The translations under genes were made by a program, and so were the position numbers. Under the pieces are notes generated by a model that saw only the letters and a list, made by a program, of their open reading frames with translations, did no database searches and had not been told where the DNA came from. Positions 11,954 through 22,101 of a stretch of 53,607 nucleotides of DNA are shown here, piece after piece (position 1 is the first letter of the stretch; every line of letters starts with the position of its first letter). This DNA is from Burkholderiales bacterium (lineage in GTDB: Bacteria > Pseudomonadota > Gammaproteobacteria > Burkholderiales > SG8-39): positions 1 through 53,607 of the forward strand of contig JBOIFE010000024.1 of the NCBI GenBank assembly GCA_050741015.1, written 5' to 3'.

Positions 11954-13602
11954 AGCGGCGCTTCTCGCCCAGCCTGCGCACGAAGCTCGCGCTCGTCTCG
12001 CTCGTGCTCCTCGCACTGCCTTGGGCGGGCCTGAAGTTCGTCGATGAGATGGAGCGCGTGCTGCTCGAGGGCCAGGAGCGGGCGCTGCTCGCGACCGCGC
12101 GCGCAGTCGCGACCGCGCTTCACGACCGGCCGCAGCTGCTGGTCGCCGTACCGGCCCGCGACAGCGCCATGCGACAGGAGGCCGAGCTCGAGCTGCAGCG
12201 CCTCGCGCAGAGCGACGGCCAGCTCGCGCCCGGTTCCACGCCGCAGATTCCGCTCGCGCGCGAGGACGAGCTGCGCGCGCGCCAGGCGCAGGCGGAAATC
12301 GCCGCCATTCTGCGCGGCGTGCAGCACACGCAGTCGCGCCTGTGGGTAGTGAATCGCCGCTACCAGGTGCTCGCGCTCGAGGGCAGCCTGCGCCGGCCGC
12401 AGGCCGAGCCCGAGCCCGGGTTCTGGCCGGCGCTTTGGCGCCGCGCCGTCGGCTGGTTGATCGAGCGCCCGAGCGAGGACTTCGCCGAGGCCGTACCCGA
12501 CGATGTGCTGGCGACGGGCCGCGACATCACGTCTGCGCTGCAGGGGACGCCCGGTACTCGAATGCGGCGCACGCCTGATGGGCGCGCGATTGTCATGTCC
12601 GCAGCCTCACCGGTGTGGGACGGCGACGAAGTGGTGGGCGCGGTCGTCGTCGAGGAGACGACCAACCCGATCGCCGCGCTGCGCAGCGACGCGCTCGAGC
12701 GGCTGCTCGTGATCACGCTTGCCGTGTTCGCGGGCACTGCGGCGGTCCTGATCGGCTTCGCCACCCGCTTGTCGCATCGCATCCGCCAGCTGCGCGACGA
12801 AGCCGAGAGCGCCATCGATCCGGGCGGGCGGCTGACGCGGCTCAGTGCGGGCTCCGGGGCGGGCGACGAGATTGGCGACCTTTCGCGCAGCTTCTCGGCG
12901 ATGCTTGCTCGACTCGCCCAGCACCACGCCTACCTCGAAAGCATGGCCGGGCGCCTGTCGCATGAGCTGAGGACCCCGATCGCGGTGGTGCGCTCCTCGC
13001 TGGAGAACCTCAAGCTCGCGCCCAGCGCCGAGGAGGCGCGGACCTACGTCGCGCGAGCCGAGCAGGGCCTGGCGCGGCTGAACACCATCCTGCAACGCAT
13101 GAGCGAGGCGAGCCGGCTCGAGCAAAGTTTGCTCGTGGCCGAGCGCGAGCGCTACGATCTTGCGGCGCTCGTGCGTGGCTGTGTCGAAGGCTACCGGACA
13201 GCCTACGCAGGGACATCGATCGCGCTCGAGCTGCCTGGGCGCGCGCTCGAGGTCACGGGTGCGCCGGACCTCGCCGCCCAGATGCTCGACAAGCTGGTGG
13301 AGAACGCAGTGGACTTCTCCCAGCCCGGCGCGACGATCACGATCCGCCTCGAAGCGCTCGGCCGCCACGTCCAGATCTCGATCGAGAATCTCGGCCCACT
13401 GCTTCCGGCGCAGATGCGAGGGCGCCTGTTCGACTCGATGGTCTCGGTGCGCGACTCGGGCGCCGCGGCGGGTCCGCACCTCGGGCTCGGGCTCTACGTT
13501 GCGCGCCTCATCGCCGAGTTCCACGGCGGCGCGATCGAGGCCGCCGATCTCGCGGCGCGCGACGGCGTGGTGGTGCGGGTCAACCTGCCGCTCGCGCGCT
13601 AA
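11950..13602 (+). CDS. sensor histidine kinase (candidate sortase-system kinase)
   Basis: GTG 11950 overlaps the regulator stop (GTGA). Two TM segments flank a periplasmic region. H-box SHELRTPIAV, N-box VENAVDFS, G-box GLGLGLY. The ORF-track start at 11461 lies inside the regulator gene. Confidence 0.9.
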   Translation: MKRRFSPSLRTKLALVSLVLLALPWAGLKFVDEMERVLLEGQERALLATARAVATALHDRPQLLVAVPARDSAMRQEAELELQRLAQSDGQLAPGSTPQIPLAREDELRARQAQAEIAAILRGVQHTQSRLWVVNRRYQVLALEGSLRRPQAEPEPGFWPALWRRAVGWLIERPSEDFAEAVPDDVLATGRDITSALQGTPGTRMRRTPDGRAIVMSAASPVWDGDEVVGAVVVEETTNPIAALRSDALERLLVITLAVFAGTAAVLIGFATRLSHRIRQLRDEAESAIDPGGRLTRLSAGSGAGDEIGDLSRSFSAMLARLAQHHAYLESMAGRLSHELRTPIAVVRSSLENLKLAPSAEEARTYVARAEQGLARLNTILQRMSEASRLEQSLLVAERERYDLAALVRGCVEGYRTAYAGTSIALELPGRALEVTGAPDLAAQMLDKLVENAVDFSQPGATITIRLEALGRHVQISIENLGPLLPAQMRGRLFDSMVSVRDSGAAAGPHLGLGLYVARLIAEFHGGAIEAADLAARDGVVVRVNLPLAR

Positions 13603-13629
13603 AATCGCGCCTTCCCCGGCAACCGTCCC

Positions 13630-14412
13630 ATGAAACCGCTCACCGAGCTGCGCGGCGCGAGCCGCCTGCGCGGCCTGCTCTTCGACCTCGACGACACGCT
13701 GACGACGCACGGCCGTCTTACCGGGCAGGCCTACGCGGCCCTCGAGCGCCTGCACGCGGCCGGCCGCCTCGCGGTCGCGGTCACCGGCCGGCCCGCGGGC
13801 TGGTGCGACCACATCGCGCGCATGTGGCCGGTCGACGCCGTCGTGGGGGAGAACGGCGCGTTCTACTTCCGGTTTCGGGACGGGCGGCTCGACAAGCGCT
13901 ATCACGAGGGCGAAGGCGTGCGCCGCGCCAAGCGAGCGCGGCTGGAGGCGATCATCGCGCGTATCGTCGCCGCGGTGCCCGGCACCGCGGTCTCGGCGGA
14001 CCAGGCCTATCGCGAGACGGACCTCGCGATCGATTATTGCGAGGACGTTCCGCCGCTGCCACTCGAGGCCGCCGAGCGCGTCGCCGTGCTGATGCGCGAG
14101 GCCGGTTTGACCGCCAAGATCAGCTCGATCCACGTCAACGGCTGGTTCGGCGACTACGACAAGCTCGCCATGACGCGCACGCTGTTCTCGGAGGCGTTCG
14201 GGCTCGACCTGGAGGCGGTGCGCGACGAGATCGCATTCGCGGGCGATTCGCCCAATGACGCGCCCATGTTCGGGTTCTTCCCGAACTCGGTCGGCATGGC
14301 GAACATCGCGCGCTTCGCGGGACGGATCTCGCCCGAGCCGGCCTACGTCGCGCGCGCGGAGGCGGGCACCGGGTTCGCCGAGCTCGTGGGCCACATGCTC
14401 GGGGAGTGCTGA
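13630..14412 (+). CDS. HAD-superfamily (IIB-like) phosphatase
   Basis: Motif I LFDLDDTLT and motif IV GDSPNDAPMF. Confidence 0.8.
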   Translation: MKPLTELRGASRLRGLLFDLDDTLTTHGRLTGQAYAALERLHAAGRLAVAVTGRPAGWCDHIARMWPVDAVVGENGAFYFRFRDGRLDKRYHEGEGVRRAKRARLEAIIARIVAAVPGTAVSADQAYRETDLAIDYCEDVPPLPLEAAERVAVLMREAGLTAKISSIHVNGWFGDYDKLAMTRTLFSEAFGLDLEAVRDEIAFAGDSPNDAPMFGFFPNSVGMANIARFAGRISPEPAYVARAEAGTGFAELVGHMLGEC

Positions 14413-15206
14413 TGGCTTACTGGTGGGCGTACCCCGCGATCGGCGCGGTGGTCGGATTTCTCGCGGGACTGCTCGGCATCGGCGGCGGCATGGTCATGGT
14501 GCCGATGCTCGTATACGTATTCACCGTAAGCAGGTTCCCTGCCGAGCACCTGATGCACTTCTCGCTCGCCACGGCGTTGGCGACCATCGTCTTCACGTCG
14601 CTCTCGAGCGTGCGCGCGCACCATCGCCACGGCGGCGTGGACTGGCATGCGGCGCGCTCGATGGCGCCGGGCATCGTCGTCGGCTCGCTCGGCGCGGCGC
14701 TGGTCGTGGGCTTCATTCCGACGCGGCCGCTCGCGCTGTGCTTTACCGTGTTCATGTTCTATGCGGCGCTGCACATGTACCGGGGCTCGCAGCCGACACA
14801 AACGCGCAGCCTGCCGGGACCGGCGGGGCTTTTTGCCGTGGGCGCCGGCATCGGCGCAGTCTCGAGCGTGCTCGCCGCGGGCGGGGCCTTTCTCTCGATT
14901 CCCTTCCTCGTGCGCCACAATGTCCCGATCCGGCGGGCGATCGGAACGGCCGCGGCCAATGGCTTTCCCATCGCCGTGGCCGGAACGATCGGCTACGTGC
15001 TCAACGGCCTTCGAGTCAACGGGCTGCCCTCGGGCAGCCTGGGGTTCGTCTACCTGCCAGGGCTCACCCTCGTCGTGGCGGCGAGCGTGCCACTCGCGCC
15101 GCTGGGCGCGCGCCTCGCGCACCGGCTGCCGGTGCGCCAACTGCGCATCGTGTTTTCTCTCACACTGCTCGCGCTCGCCCTGCGCATGCTGGCAAACTTC
15201 TGGTGA
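14412..15206 (+). CDS. TauE/SafE family sulfite/anion exporter (DUF81)
   Basis: Polytopic membrane protein with LLGIGGG repeat motifs. ATG 14412 forms a TGATG overlap with the HAD stop; an alternative GTG lies at 14406. Confidence 0.8.
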   Translation: MAYWWAYPAIGAVVGFLAGLLGIGGGMVMVPMLVYVFTVSRFPAEHLMHFSLATALATIVFTSLSSVRAHHRHGGVDWHAARSMAPGIVVGSLGAALVVGFIPTRPLALCFTVFMFYAALHMYRGSQPTQTRSLPGPAGLFAVGAGIGAVSSVLAAGGAFLSIPFLVRHNVPIRRAIGTAAANGFPIAVAGTIGYVLNGLRVNGLPSGSLGFVYLPGLTLVVAASVPLAPLGARLAHRLPVRQLRIVFSLTLLALALRMLANFW

Positions 15207-15221
15207 GGAGGAAGCGCTGAC

Positions 15222-16433
15222 ATGGCTGGACCGCTCGCGGGCATCCGCGTACTCGATCTTTCCCGTGTGCTCGCCGCACCCTGGGCCGGGCAGAACCTTG
15301 CCGATCTCGGGGCCGAGGTCATCAAGGTCGAGCGCCCCGGGGTGGGCGACGACTCGCGCGCATTCGGCCCGCCCTGGATCAAGGATGTGCAGGGCCGCGA
15401 CACGAAAGACTCGGCCTACTTCACTTCGGCCAATCGCGGCAAGAAGTCGATCACGGTCGATCTGTCGAAGCCGGCCGGCCAGTCGATCGTGCGGCGCCTG
15501 GCCGAAAAGAGCGACGTGTTGCTCGAGAACTACAAGTTCGGCGACCTCGATCGCTACGGGCTGGGATTCGCGCAGCTGAAGGAGGCCAACCCGCGCCTCG
15601 TCTACTGCTCGGTCACGGGTTTTGGCCACACCGGCCCCGATCGGGAGCGGCCGGGCTACGACTTCATGATCCAGGGCATGGGCGGCATGATGAGCGTCAC
15701 CGGGGACCCGGACGCCGGGCCGCAGCGCGCCGGCGTGCCTGTGGCCGACATCATTACCGGCATGTACGCGTCGATCGCGGTCTGCGCCGCCCTCGTGCAT
15801 CGCGCGCAGTCGGGGAAGGGGCAGCACTTGGACCTCGCGCTGCTGGACTCCCAGATCGCGCTGCTGGCCTACCAGAATACCAACTACTTCGCGACCGGCA
15901 AGCCGCCGCGCCGGATCGGAAACCTGCACCCCAATATCGTTCCTTACCAGCCCTTCCGGGCGTCGGACGGTGACGTGATCCTCGCCTGCGGCAACGACAG
16001 CCTGTTCCGGAAGTTCTGCGATGCGGCCGGGTGCAGAGAGCTCACCGCCGATCCGCGCTTCGCGACCAACGGCAAGCGGGTCGAGAACCGCGACGAATTG
16101 ACGCGCATGCTCGACGCGATCTTCGCGAAGCGCACGAAGAAGGAATGGGTGGCGCTGCTCGAGGGCGCGGGCGTGCCCAACGGCCCGATCAACGACATCG
16201 CCCAGGTCTTCGAGGAGCCCCAGGTCAAGGCGCGCGGCGTGAAGATCGAGGTGCCGCATCCGGTCGCCGGGACCCTGCCCATGGTCGCGAGCCCGATGCG
16301 TTTCTCCGCGACCCCGCTCGAGCACACCGTCCCACCGCCGACGCTGGGCGAACACACCGAGGAGGTCCTGCGGGGACTGCTCGGCGCGAGCGCCGAGGAA
16401 ATCGCGCGGCTGCGCGAGGTGGGCGCGATCTAG
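15222..16433 (+). CDS. CaiB/BaiF family (class III) CoA-transferase
   Basis: N-terminus GIRVLDLSRVLAAPWAGQNLADLGAEVIKVE and the central GYDFMIQGMGG region. Confidence 0.9.
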   Translation: MAGPLAGIRVLDLSRVLAAPWAGQNLADLGAEVIKVERPGVGDDSRAFGPPWIKDVQGRDTKDSAYFTSANRGKKSITVDLSKPAGQSIVRRLAEKSDVLLENYKFGDLDRYGLGFAQLKEANPRLVYCSVTGFGHTGPDRERPGYDFMIQGMGGMMSVTGDPDAGPQRAGVPVADIITGMYASIAVCAALVHRAQSGKGQHLDLALLDSQIALLAYQNTNYFATGKPPRRIGNLHPNIVPYQPFRASDGDVILACGNDSLFRKFCDAAGCRELTADPRFATNGKRVENRDELTRMLDAIFAKRTKKEWVALLEGAGVPNGPINDIAQVFEEPQVKARGVKIEVPHPVAGTLPMVASPMRFSATPLEHTVPPPTLGEHTEEVLRGLLGASAEEIARLREVGAI

Positions 16434-16434
16434 G

Positions 16435-17334
16435 CTACTGCGTGCGCAGGCGCGGGTCGAGCGCGTCGCGCAGCGAATCGCCGAGCAGGTTGAAGCCGAA
16501 AACCGCCAGGCTGATCGCAAATCCCGGGAAGAAAGCCATCCAGGGCGCGGTCTCCGCAAAGTCGATGGCCGCGCCGCGCAGCATCAGACCCCAGGCCGCC
16601 ACCGGCTCCTGCACGCCGAGCCCGAGGAACGACAGCGACGCCTCGAGCAGGATCGCCTGCCCGAGGAACGAGGTAAGCATGATCAGGTAGGGCGCCATCA
16701 CATTGGGCAGCATGTGGCGGAGGACGATTCGCGCATTGCTGAACCCCGCCGCCCGCGCAGCGTCGACATAAGGCATCTCGCGAATCGCGAGCGCGCTCGC
16801 GCGGACCACGCGCGCGCAGCGCGGGATCATGGGAATCGCGATCGCGAAGATCACGTTCTGGACCCCCGTTCCCAGGATCGCCACCACCGCGAGCGCAAGG
16901 ATGATCAGTGGGAACGAGATCAGGACGTCCATCACCCGCTGCACCACGAGGTCGATCCGGCCACCGAAGTAGGCGCTCGCTACGCCGATCAGGGCACCCA
17001 CGGTCGCGCCGATGAACGAGGCGCCGAGGCCGACGATCAGCGCCGTGCGCGAGCCGAAGATGATGCGCGAGAGCACGTCGCGTCCGTAGGCGTCGGTGCC
17101 CAGCCAGTGCAGCGCGCCCGGGGGCGAGAGCATCGCGGCGTAGTCGGTCATCAACGCGTCGTACGGTGCGATCCACTGCGCGGTGAGCGCCACGACCGTC
17201 ATCACCAAGATGATCACTCCGCCCAGCGTGCCTAGCGGACGTCGCCGCGCGAACCTGAGCGCGGCCCCGAGCCAGCGCGGGAGCGGCTTGCGCGGGCGCG
17301 ACAGCTGGTCGAGGGTTTCCTTGGTGACGGCCAT
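16435..17334 (-). CDS. ABC transporter permease (DppC/OppC-like)
   Basis: The start ATG (MAVTKETL) is at 17334. The ORF-track 554-aa version reads through the upstream gene. The EAA-type loop region ARAAGFSNARIVLRHMLPN is present. Confidence 0.9.
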   Translation of the reverse strand: MAVTKETLDQLSRPRKPLPRWLGAALRFARRRPLGTLGGVIILVMTVVALTAQWIAPYDALMTDYAAMLSPPGALHWLGTDAYGRDVLSRIIFGSRTALIVGLGASFIGATVGALIGVASAYFGGRIDLVVQRVMDVLISFPLIILALAVVAILGTGVQNVIFAIAIPMIPRCARVVRASALAIREMPYVDAARAAGFSNARIVLRHMLPNVMAPYLIMLTSFLGQAILLEASLSFLGLGVQEPVAAWGLMLRGAAIDFAETAPWMAFFPGFAISLAVFGFNLLGDSLRDALDPRLRTQ

Positions 17335-17336
17335 GG

Positions 17337-18293
17337 CTAGCGGTAGCGAATGCGCGGATCGAGCCACGCGTATGCGATATCGGTCGCGAAGTTCACGAAG
17401 ATGAAGACCGACGCGACGATCAGCACCAGCGCCTGCGTGAGCGTGTAGTCTCGATGGGAGATTGCTTCTACGAACAGCAGCCCCAGCCCGTTCAGGTTGA
17501 ACACCTGCTCGGTCACGACGAGGCCGCCGAGCAGGAAGGCGAACTCGAGCCCGACGACCGTGATCACGGGCAGCATTGCGTTCTTGAGCGCGTGGCGCGA
17601 GAGGATGAGCTTCAGCCAGAGTCCCTTGGCGCGCGCGGTGCGGATGTAATCCTCGCGCAAGACCTCGAGCATCGCCGAGCGCATCATGCGCGTGGCGACG
17701 GCCGAGTAGCGGTAGCCGACCGCGAGCGCCGGCCAGATCAGCTGGGCGAGGTTGTCCCAGGGGTTGACCCAGAAGGGCGTGAACACCATCGGCGGCAGCC
17801 AGTGGAAGATGATGAGCATCCCGAGGATCATCAGGATGCCGAGCCAGAACGAGGGCATCGCGAGGCCCGCGATCGAGAACACGCGTACCGCGTAGTCGAC
17901 CCAGGTGTCCTGCTTGACCGCGGCCAGGATGCCGAGCGGAATCGCGAGCAGCGTTGCCACCACCGTGGCCATGAGCGCGAGCTGCAGCGAGAGCGCGAAG
18001 CGCAGCTTGATCTCTTCGGTGATCGGGGAGCCGGTCCACATCGACTGGCCGAAGTCCAGGCGCAGCACGCCGCCCATCCAGGACGTGAACTGCTTCCACA
18101 GCGGCTGGTCCAGGCCGAGCTTGTGCCGCTCCTGGTCCATCAGGTCCTGCGACTGGAACTGGCTGCCCTGTGTGAGGTAGCGCGCCTCGACGACGTCGCC
18201 GGGCACCACGCGCAGCAGCAAGAAAATGAGTACCGCGACCCCGAACAGGGTCGGGACCATCAGCAGCAACCGCTTGAGGATGTAATGCAGCAT
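17337..18293 (-). CDS. ABC transporter permease (DppB/OppB-like)
   Basis: N-terminus MLHYILKRLLLMVPTLFGV and the loop region YIRTARAKGL. Confidence 0.92.
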   Translation of the reverse strand: MLHYILKRLLLMVPTLFGVAVLIFLLLRVVPGDVVEARYLTQGSQFQSQDLMDQERHKLGLDQPLWKQFTSWMGGVLRLDFGQSMWTGSPITEEIKLRFALSLQLALMATVVATLLAIPLGILAAVKQDTWVDYAVRVFSIAGLAMPSFWLGILMILGMLIIFHWLPPMVFTPFWVNPWDNLAQLIWPALAVGYRYSAVATRMMRSAMLEVLREDYIRTARAKGLWLKLILSRHALKNAMLPVITVVGLEFAFLLGGLVVTEQVFNLNGLGLLFVEAISHRDYTLTQALVLIVASVFIFVNFATDIAYAWLDPRIRYR

Positions 18294-18340
18294 CGGGGCT
18301 CAGCCCGGCGGCGCGTGGCGCGCCGCCGGGACCGCCCGCG

Positions 18341-19933
18341 TCACTCGGACAGCCAGACCGTGTCCAGCGTGTTGTTGAGGTAGTGGCTGGGCGTGATCTG
18401 CCAGCCGTGCAGCTTGGACGAGTACGGGATGATGCGGTGCCACTGCAGCGTCATGATGTAGTGCGCCTCCTCGTCGAGCACGCGCTTCTCGAAGGCGCGG
18501 ATGTATTTCTTGCGCTCCTCGGGGTTGGTCGCCTGGCTCTGCTTGTCGTACAGGTCGTCCAGCACGCGGTCGGTGTAGCGGCCGTAATTGGCCGGGTTAC
18601 GGTCGCTCGACAGGAACTTGTACATGTCGAGGTCCGGCTCGACGATGTAGCCGCACTGGAAGTCCATCGCGGTTTCGAAGTCGCCCTTGCGGAGCACGCC
18701 GAAATAGGCCGCCGGCTCGATCACCTCCTGCTTGACGTTGAGGCCGATCTGGCGCCACTGGTCGATGAGCCAGACGCCAAGCGGCTCGTAGGGCATCGGG
18801 ACGCCGCGGTTCTTGAAGGTGAAGGAGAACCCTTCGGGCACGCCCGCCTCTTTCAGCAGGCGCCGCGCCTCCGCGCGTGACTTGTTGATGTCGGTCCAGT
18901 ACCCGGCGATCTGGTCCAGTTCCGCGGGCGGGGTCGCCCACGGCGTGCCCGGCACTTGCACGCCGGCCACCTCCTTCACGATCGCGATCTTCGACAGCGC
19001 CTGCGAGGCCTGGTGGCGGTCGAGCGCGAGCGTCAGCGCCCGGCGCACGCGCTTGTCGTCGAAGGGTTTCTTGTCATGGTTGAAGGCGACCATCAGGATG
19101 CAGTCCCAGGGCGACTCCTGCACCGTGATCTTGTCGCCCAGCGCCGCCTTCAGGCTGTCGCGGTCGGCGGGCGTGAAGCCGCGGAACTGGATTTGCGCTC
19201 GCCCGCCGCGGATCGCGGCGACCTGCGCCGCCGAGCTTCGGATGAAGATCGCGCGGAAGCCGTCCAGGTACGGCTTGCCCTTGTCCCAGTAGTTCGGGTT
19301 CCGCTTGCCGACGATGTGCGAGCCCTTGACGTGTTCCACAAAGATGAATGGGCCCGTGCCCATGATGTGGTGCTCGTACCAGTGCATGTCCTTCGCCAGG
19401 ATCGCCGCGCTGTAGATGAAGTTGTACGGCGACAACAGCGAGGCGATGAACGAGCCCGACGGGTGCTTCAAATGGAACACCACGGTCGTAGCGTCCGGTG
19501 CTTCTACCGACTCGACCACCGCATACTGTCCCTTGCGGCTCGAGCCCACGCCCTCGGGCGGGAAAATGATCTTGTCGTAGGACGCCTTTATGTCCTTCGA
19601 GGTCATCTCGGAGCCGTCGTGGAACTTCACGCCCGAGCGGATCTTGAAGGTGTAGGTCTTGCCGTCGCTCGAGACCGTCCAGCTCTCGGCGAGCGACGGG
19701 TAGGGCTTGGTGCCGCTCGGGTCGGTCGGGTCGACGCGCAGCAACGTGTTGTAGAACGGCGCGATCGGATGGATCAGGCCGAACGTCTCCTCGCGATGCC
19801 CGTCGTACGAGGGCGGCTCCGAGGGAACGGGAAAGATCAGCTCGCCGCCGTAGCGCGGCGTTTGTGCCTGCAGGGGTAGCGCGAGAAACGCACTGGCCGC
19901 GAGGGCCAGCAAGCCCACGAGTCGCTTCAGCAT
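18341..19933 (-). CDS. ABC transporter substrate-binding protein, family 5 (peptide/nickel type)
   Basis: Signal peptide MLKRLVGLLALAASAFLALPLQAQ from ATG 19933, with a family-5 SBP architecture. Confidence 0.88.
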   Translation of the reverse strand: MLKRLVGLLALAASAFLALPLQAQTPRYGGELIFPVPSEPPSYDGHREETFGLIHPIAPFYNTLLRVDPTDPSGTKPYPSLAESWTVSSDGKTYTFKIRSGVKFHDGSEMTSKDIKASYDKIIFPPEGVGSSRKGQYAVVESVEAPDATTVVFHLKHPSGSFIASLLSPYNFIYSAAILAKDMHWYEHHIMGTGPFIFVEHVKGSHIVGKRNPNYWDKGKPYLDGFRAIFIRSSAAQVAAIRGGRAQIQFRGFTPADRDSLKAALGDKITVQESPWDCILMVAFNHDKKPFDDKRVRRALTLALDRHQASQALSKIAIVKEVAGVQVPGTPWATPPAELDQIAGYWTDINKSRAEARRLLKEAGVPEGFSFTFKNRGVPMPYEPLGVWLIDQWRQIGLNVKQEVIEPAAYFGVLRKGDFETAMDFQCGYIVEPDLDMYKFLSSDRNPANYGRYTDRVLDDLYDKQSQATNPEERKKYIRAFEKRVLDEEAHYIMTLQWHRIIPYSSKLHGWQITPSHYLNNTLDTVWLSE

Positions 19934-20035
19934 GACGAACCTCCTCCTCGGATGTGGCGGGGACCCCTGCGCTGGGGGTTGTCCGGATTCTTCATTTCCG
20001 GCCAACGGCTAGTAAAGGGGGATCATTCCCGTCTG

Positions 20036-21010
20036 TCAAGCAAGATGACACGCGCCCCAGTGCGCATCGCGGATCTCGCGCAGTGCCGGGACTTCCGCAC
20101 TGCAGCGATCCACCGCGATCGGGCAGCGGGGATGGAACACGCATCCGGACGGCGGATTGAGCGGGCTCGGCACCTCGCCGCGCAGCACGATCCGCTCGCG
20201 CTTTTGCTCCAGCGCCGGGTCGGGAATGGGTACGGCGGACAGCAGGGCCCGGGTGTAGGGGTGCAGCGGTTCATCGTAGAGCGCCTGCCGGTCGGCCATC
20301 TCGACGATCTTGCCCAGGTACATCACCGCAACGCGGTCCGAGATGTGCCGGACCACCGACAGGTCGTGCGCGATGAATAGATAAGTGAGGCCCAGGCGAG
20401 CCTGCAGCTCCTCCAGCAGGTTGATGATCTGTGCCTGGATCGAGACGTCGAGCGCGGACACCGGCTCGTCGCAGATGATGAGCGAGGGCTCCATGGCCAA
20501 TGCGCGGGCGATGCCCACGCGCTGGCGCTGGCCGCCGGATAGCTGGTGCGGATAGCGACCGGCTTGCTGCGGCAGCAGGCCGACCTGCTCCAGCAACTCC
20601 CGCACGCGCAATTCGCGGCCGCCTGGATCGGGGACGATGCCATGCACCTTGAGTGGCTCGGCAAGGATCTGCCCGATCGTCATGCGGGGATTGAGCGAGG
20701 AGTAGGGATCCTGGAAGATCACCTGGATCCGGCGCCGGACCGCGCGCAGCGCAGCGTCATCCAGGGTTACGAGGTCGACGCCCTCGAACAGGACGCTTCC
20801 GCTCGTCGGCCGCTCGAGTTGCAGGATGCACCGTCCGGTGGTGGTCTTGCCACACCCCGACTCGCCCACGAGCCCCAGGGTCTCGCCCTTGTGCAGCGTG
20901 AAGCTCACGCCGTCGATCGCGCGCACGACGCCGAGGGGCTTGGCGAACATTCCCCCGCCGACCGGGAAGTGCTTGACGAGGTCGCGTACCTCGAGCAGCG
21001 GGGCGCTCAT
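20036..21010 (-). CDS. ABC transporter ATP-binding protein (DppF/OppF-like)
   Basis: Walker [10 protein letters not shown], signature LSGGQRQR, Walker B LIICDEP, and a C-terminal oligopeptide-type extension. ATGA overlap with the upstream ATPase gene. Confidence 0.92.
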   Translation of the reverse strand: MSAPLLEVRDLVKHFPVGGGMFAKPLGVVRAIDGVSFTLHKGETLGLVGESGCGKTTTGRCILQLERPTSGSVLFEGVDLVTLDDAALRAVRRRIQVIFQDPYSSLNPRMTIGQILAEPLKVHGIVPDPGGRELRVRELLEQVGLLPQQAGRYPHQLSGGQRQRVGIARALAMEPSLIICDEPVSALDVSIQAQIINLLEELQARLGLTYLFIAHDLSVVRHISDRVAVMYLGKIVEMADRQALYDEPLHPYTRALLSAVPIPDPALEQKRERIVLRGEVPSPLNPPSGCVFHPRCPIAVDRCSAEVPALREIRDAHWGACHLA

Positions 21011-21999
21011 GCGGCGGCCTTGCGGACCAGGCGCGCGGCCTCCCAGCACGCCGACAGGTGCCCCGCGCCCGCGCGCGGCTCGAGTGCCGGGACCTCGATG
21101 CAGCGATCGACCCGATAGGCGCAGCGCGGCGCGAACGCGCAGCCCGGCGGCAGCCGCGTGAGGTCCGGCGGCTGGCCTTCGATCGGATCGAGCTTCGCGC
21201 GCATCGGCTCGTCGAGCCGCGGCACCGAGCGCAGCAGCCCGAGCGTATAGGGGTGGCGCGGGTCGGCATAGAGGTCGGCGGCGCGCCCGCGCTCGATGAC
21301 GCGCCCCGCGTACATGACGTTGACGCGGTCGGCGTAGCGCGCGACCACGCCCAGGTTGTGCGTGATGATCAGCATCGCCACGCCGAGCCGCCGCGAGAGG
21401 TCGCGCATCAGCTCGAGGATCTGCGCCTGGATCGTGACATCGAGCGCGGTCGTCGGCTCGTCGGCGAGGATCAGCTTCGGATTACAGGCGAGCGCCATGG
21501 CGATCATCATGCGCTGGCGCATGCCGCCGCTGAACTGGTGCGGGTACTGGGTGAGGCGCCGAGCCGGATCCGGGATGCCGACCATGCCGAGCAGCTCGAT
21601 TGCGCGCGCTTTCGCCGCCGTTTCGTCCATGCGCAGGTGGATTTCGAGGCCCTCGGTGAGCTGCCGGCCGATCGTGAGGACCGGATTGAGCGAGGTCATC
21701 GGCTCCTGGAACACCATCGCGATGTCCTGGCCGCGTATGTCGCGCATCTGCTCCTCGGTCAGCTCGAGCAGGTTGCGCCCCTGGAACAGGATCTCGCCGC
21801 CGACGATGCGCCCGGCCGGCTCGGAGACGAGCCGCATGACGCTGAGCGCCGAGACCGACTTGCCGCAGCCGGACTCGCCCACCAGCGCGACGGTCTCGCC
21901 TTCCTCGATGTCGTAGCTGACGCCGTCGACTGCGCGCACGACGCCCGCGGACGTGAGGAACTGCGTCTGCAGGTCCTTGACCTCAAGCAGCTTCGCCAC
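21007..21999 (-). CDS. ABC transporter ATP-binding protein (DppD/OppD-like)
   Basis: Walker A GESGCGKS, signature FSGGMRQR, Walker [15 protein letters not shown] 21999 is preceded by a GGAGGAGGAGG run. The ORF-track start is at 22056. Confidence 0.88.
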   Translation of the reverse strand: MAKLLEVKDLQTQFLTSAGVVRAVDGVSYDIEEGETVALVGESGCGKSVSALSVMRLVSEPAGRIVGGEILFQGRNLLELTEEQMRDIRGQDIAMVFQEPMTSLNPVLTIGRQLTEGLEIHLRMDETAAKARAIELLGMVGIPDPARRLTQYPHQFSGGMRQRMMIAMALACNPKLILADEPTTALDVTIQAQILELMRDLSRRLGVAMLIITHNLGVVARYADRVNVMYAGRVIERGRAADLYADPRHPYTLGLLRSVPRLDEPMRAKLDPIEGQPPDLTRLPPGCAFAPRCAYRVDRCIEVPALEPRAGAGHLSACWEAARLVRKAAA

Positions 22000-22101
22000 C
22001 AGCCTCCTCCTCCTCCATGCGCCGCAGGGTGGGCCACGGCCGGGCCAGTCTAGCACGGGGAATTCGGCGCTCGCGGCGCCTGCTACGATTCGACGGCACG
22101 C

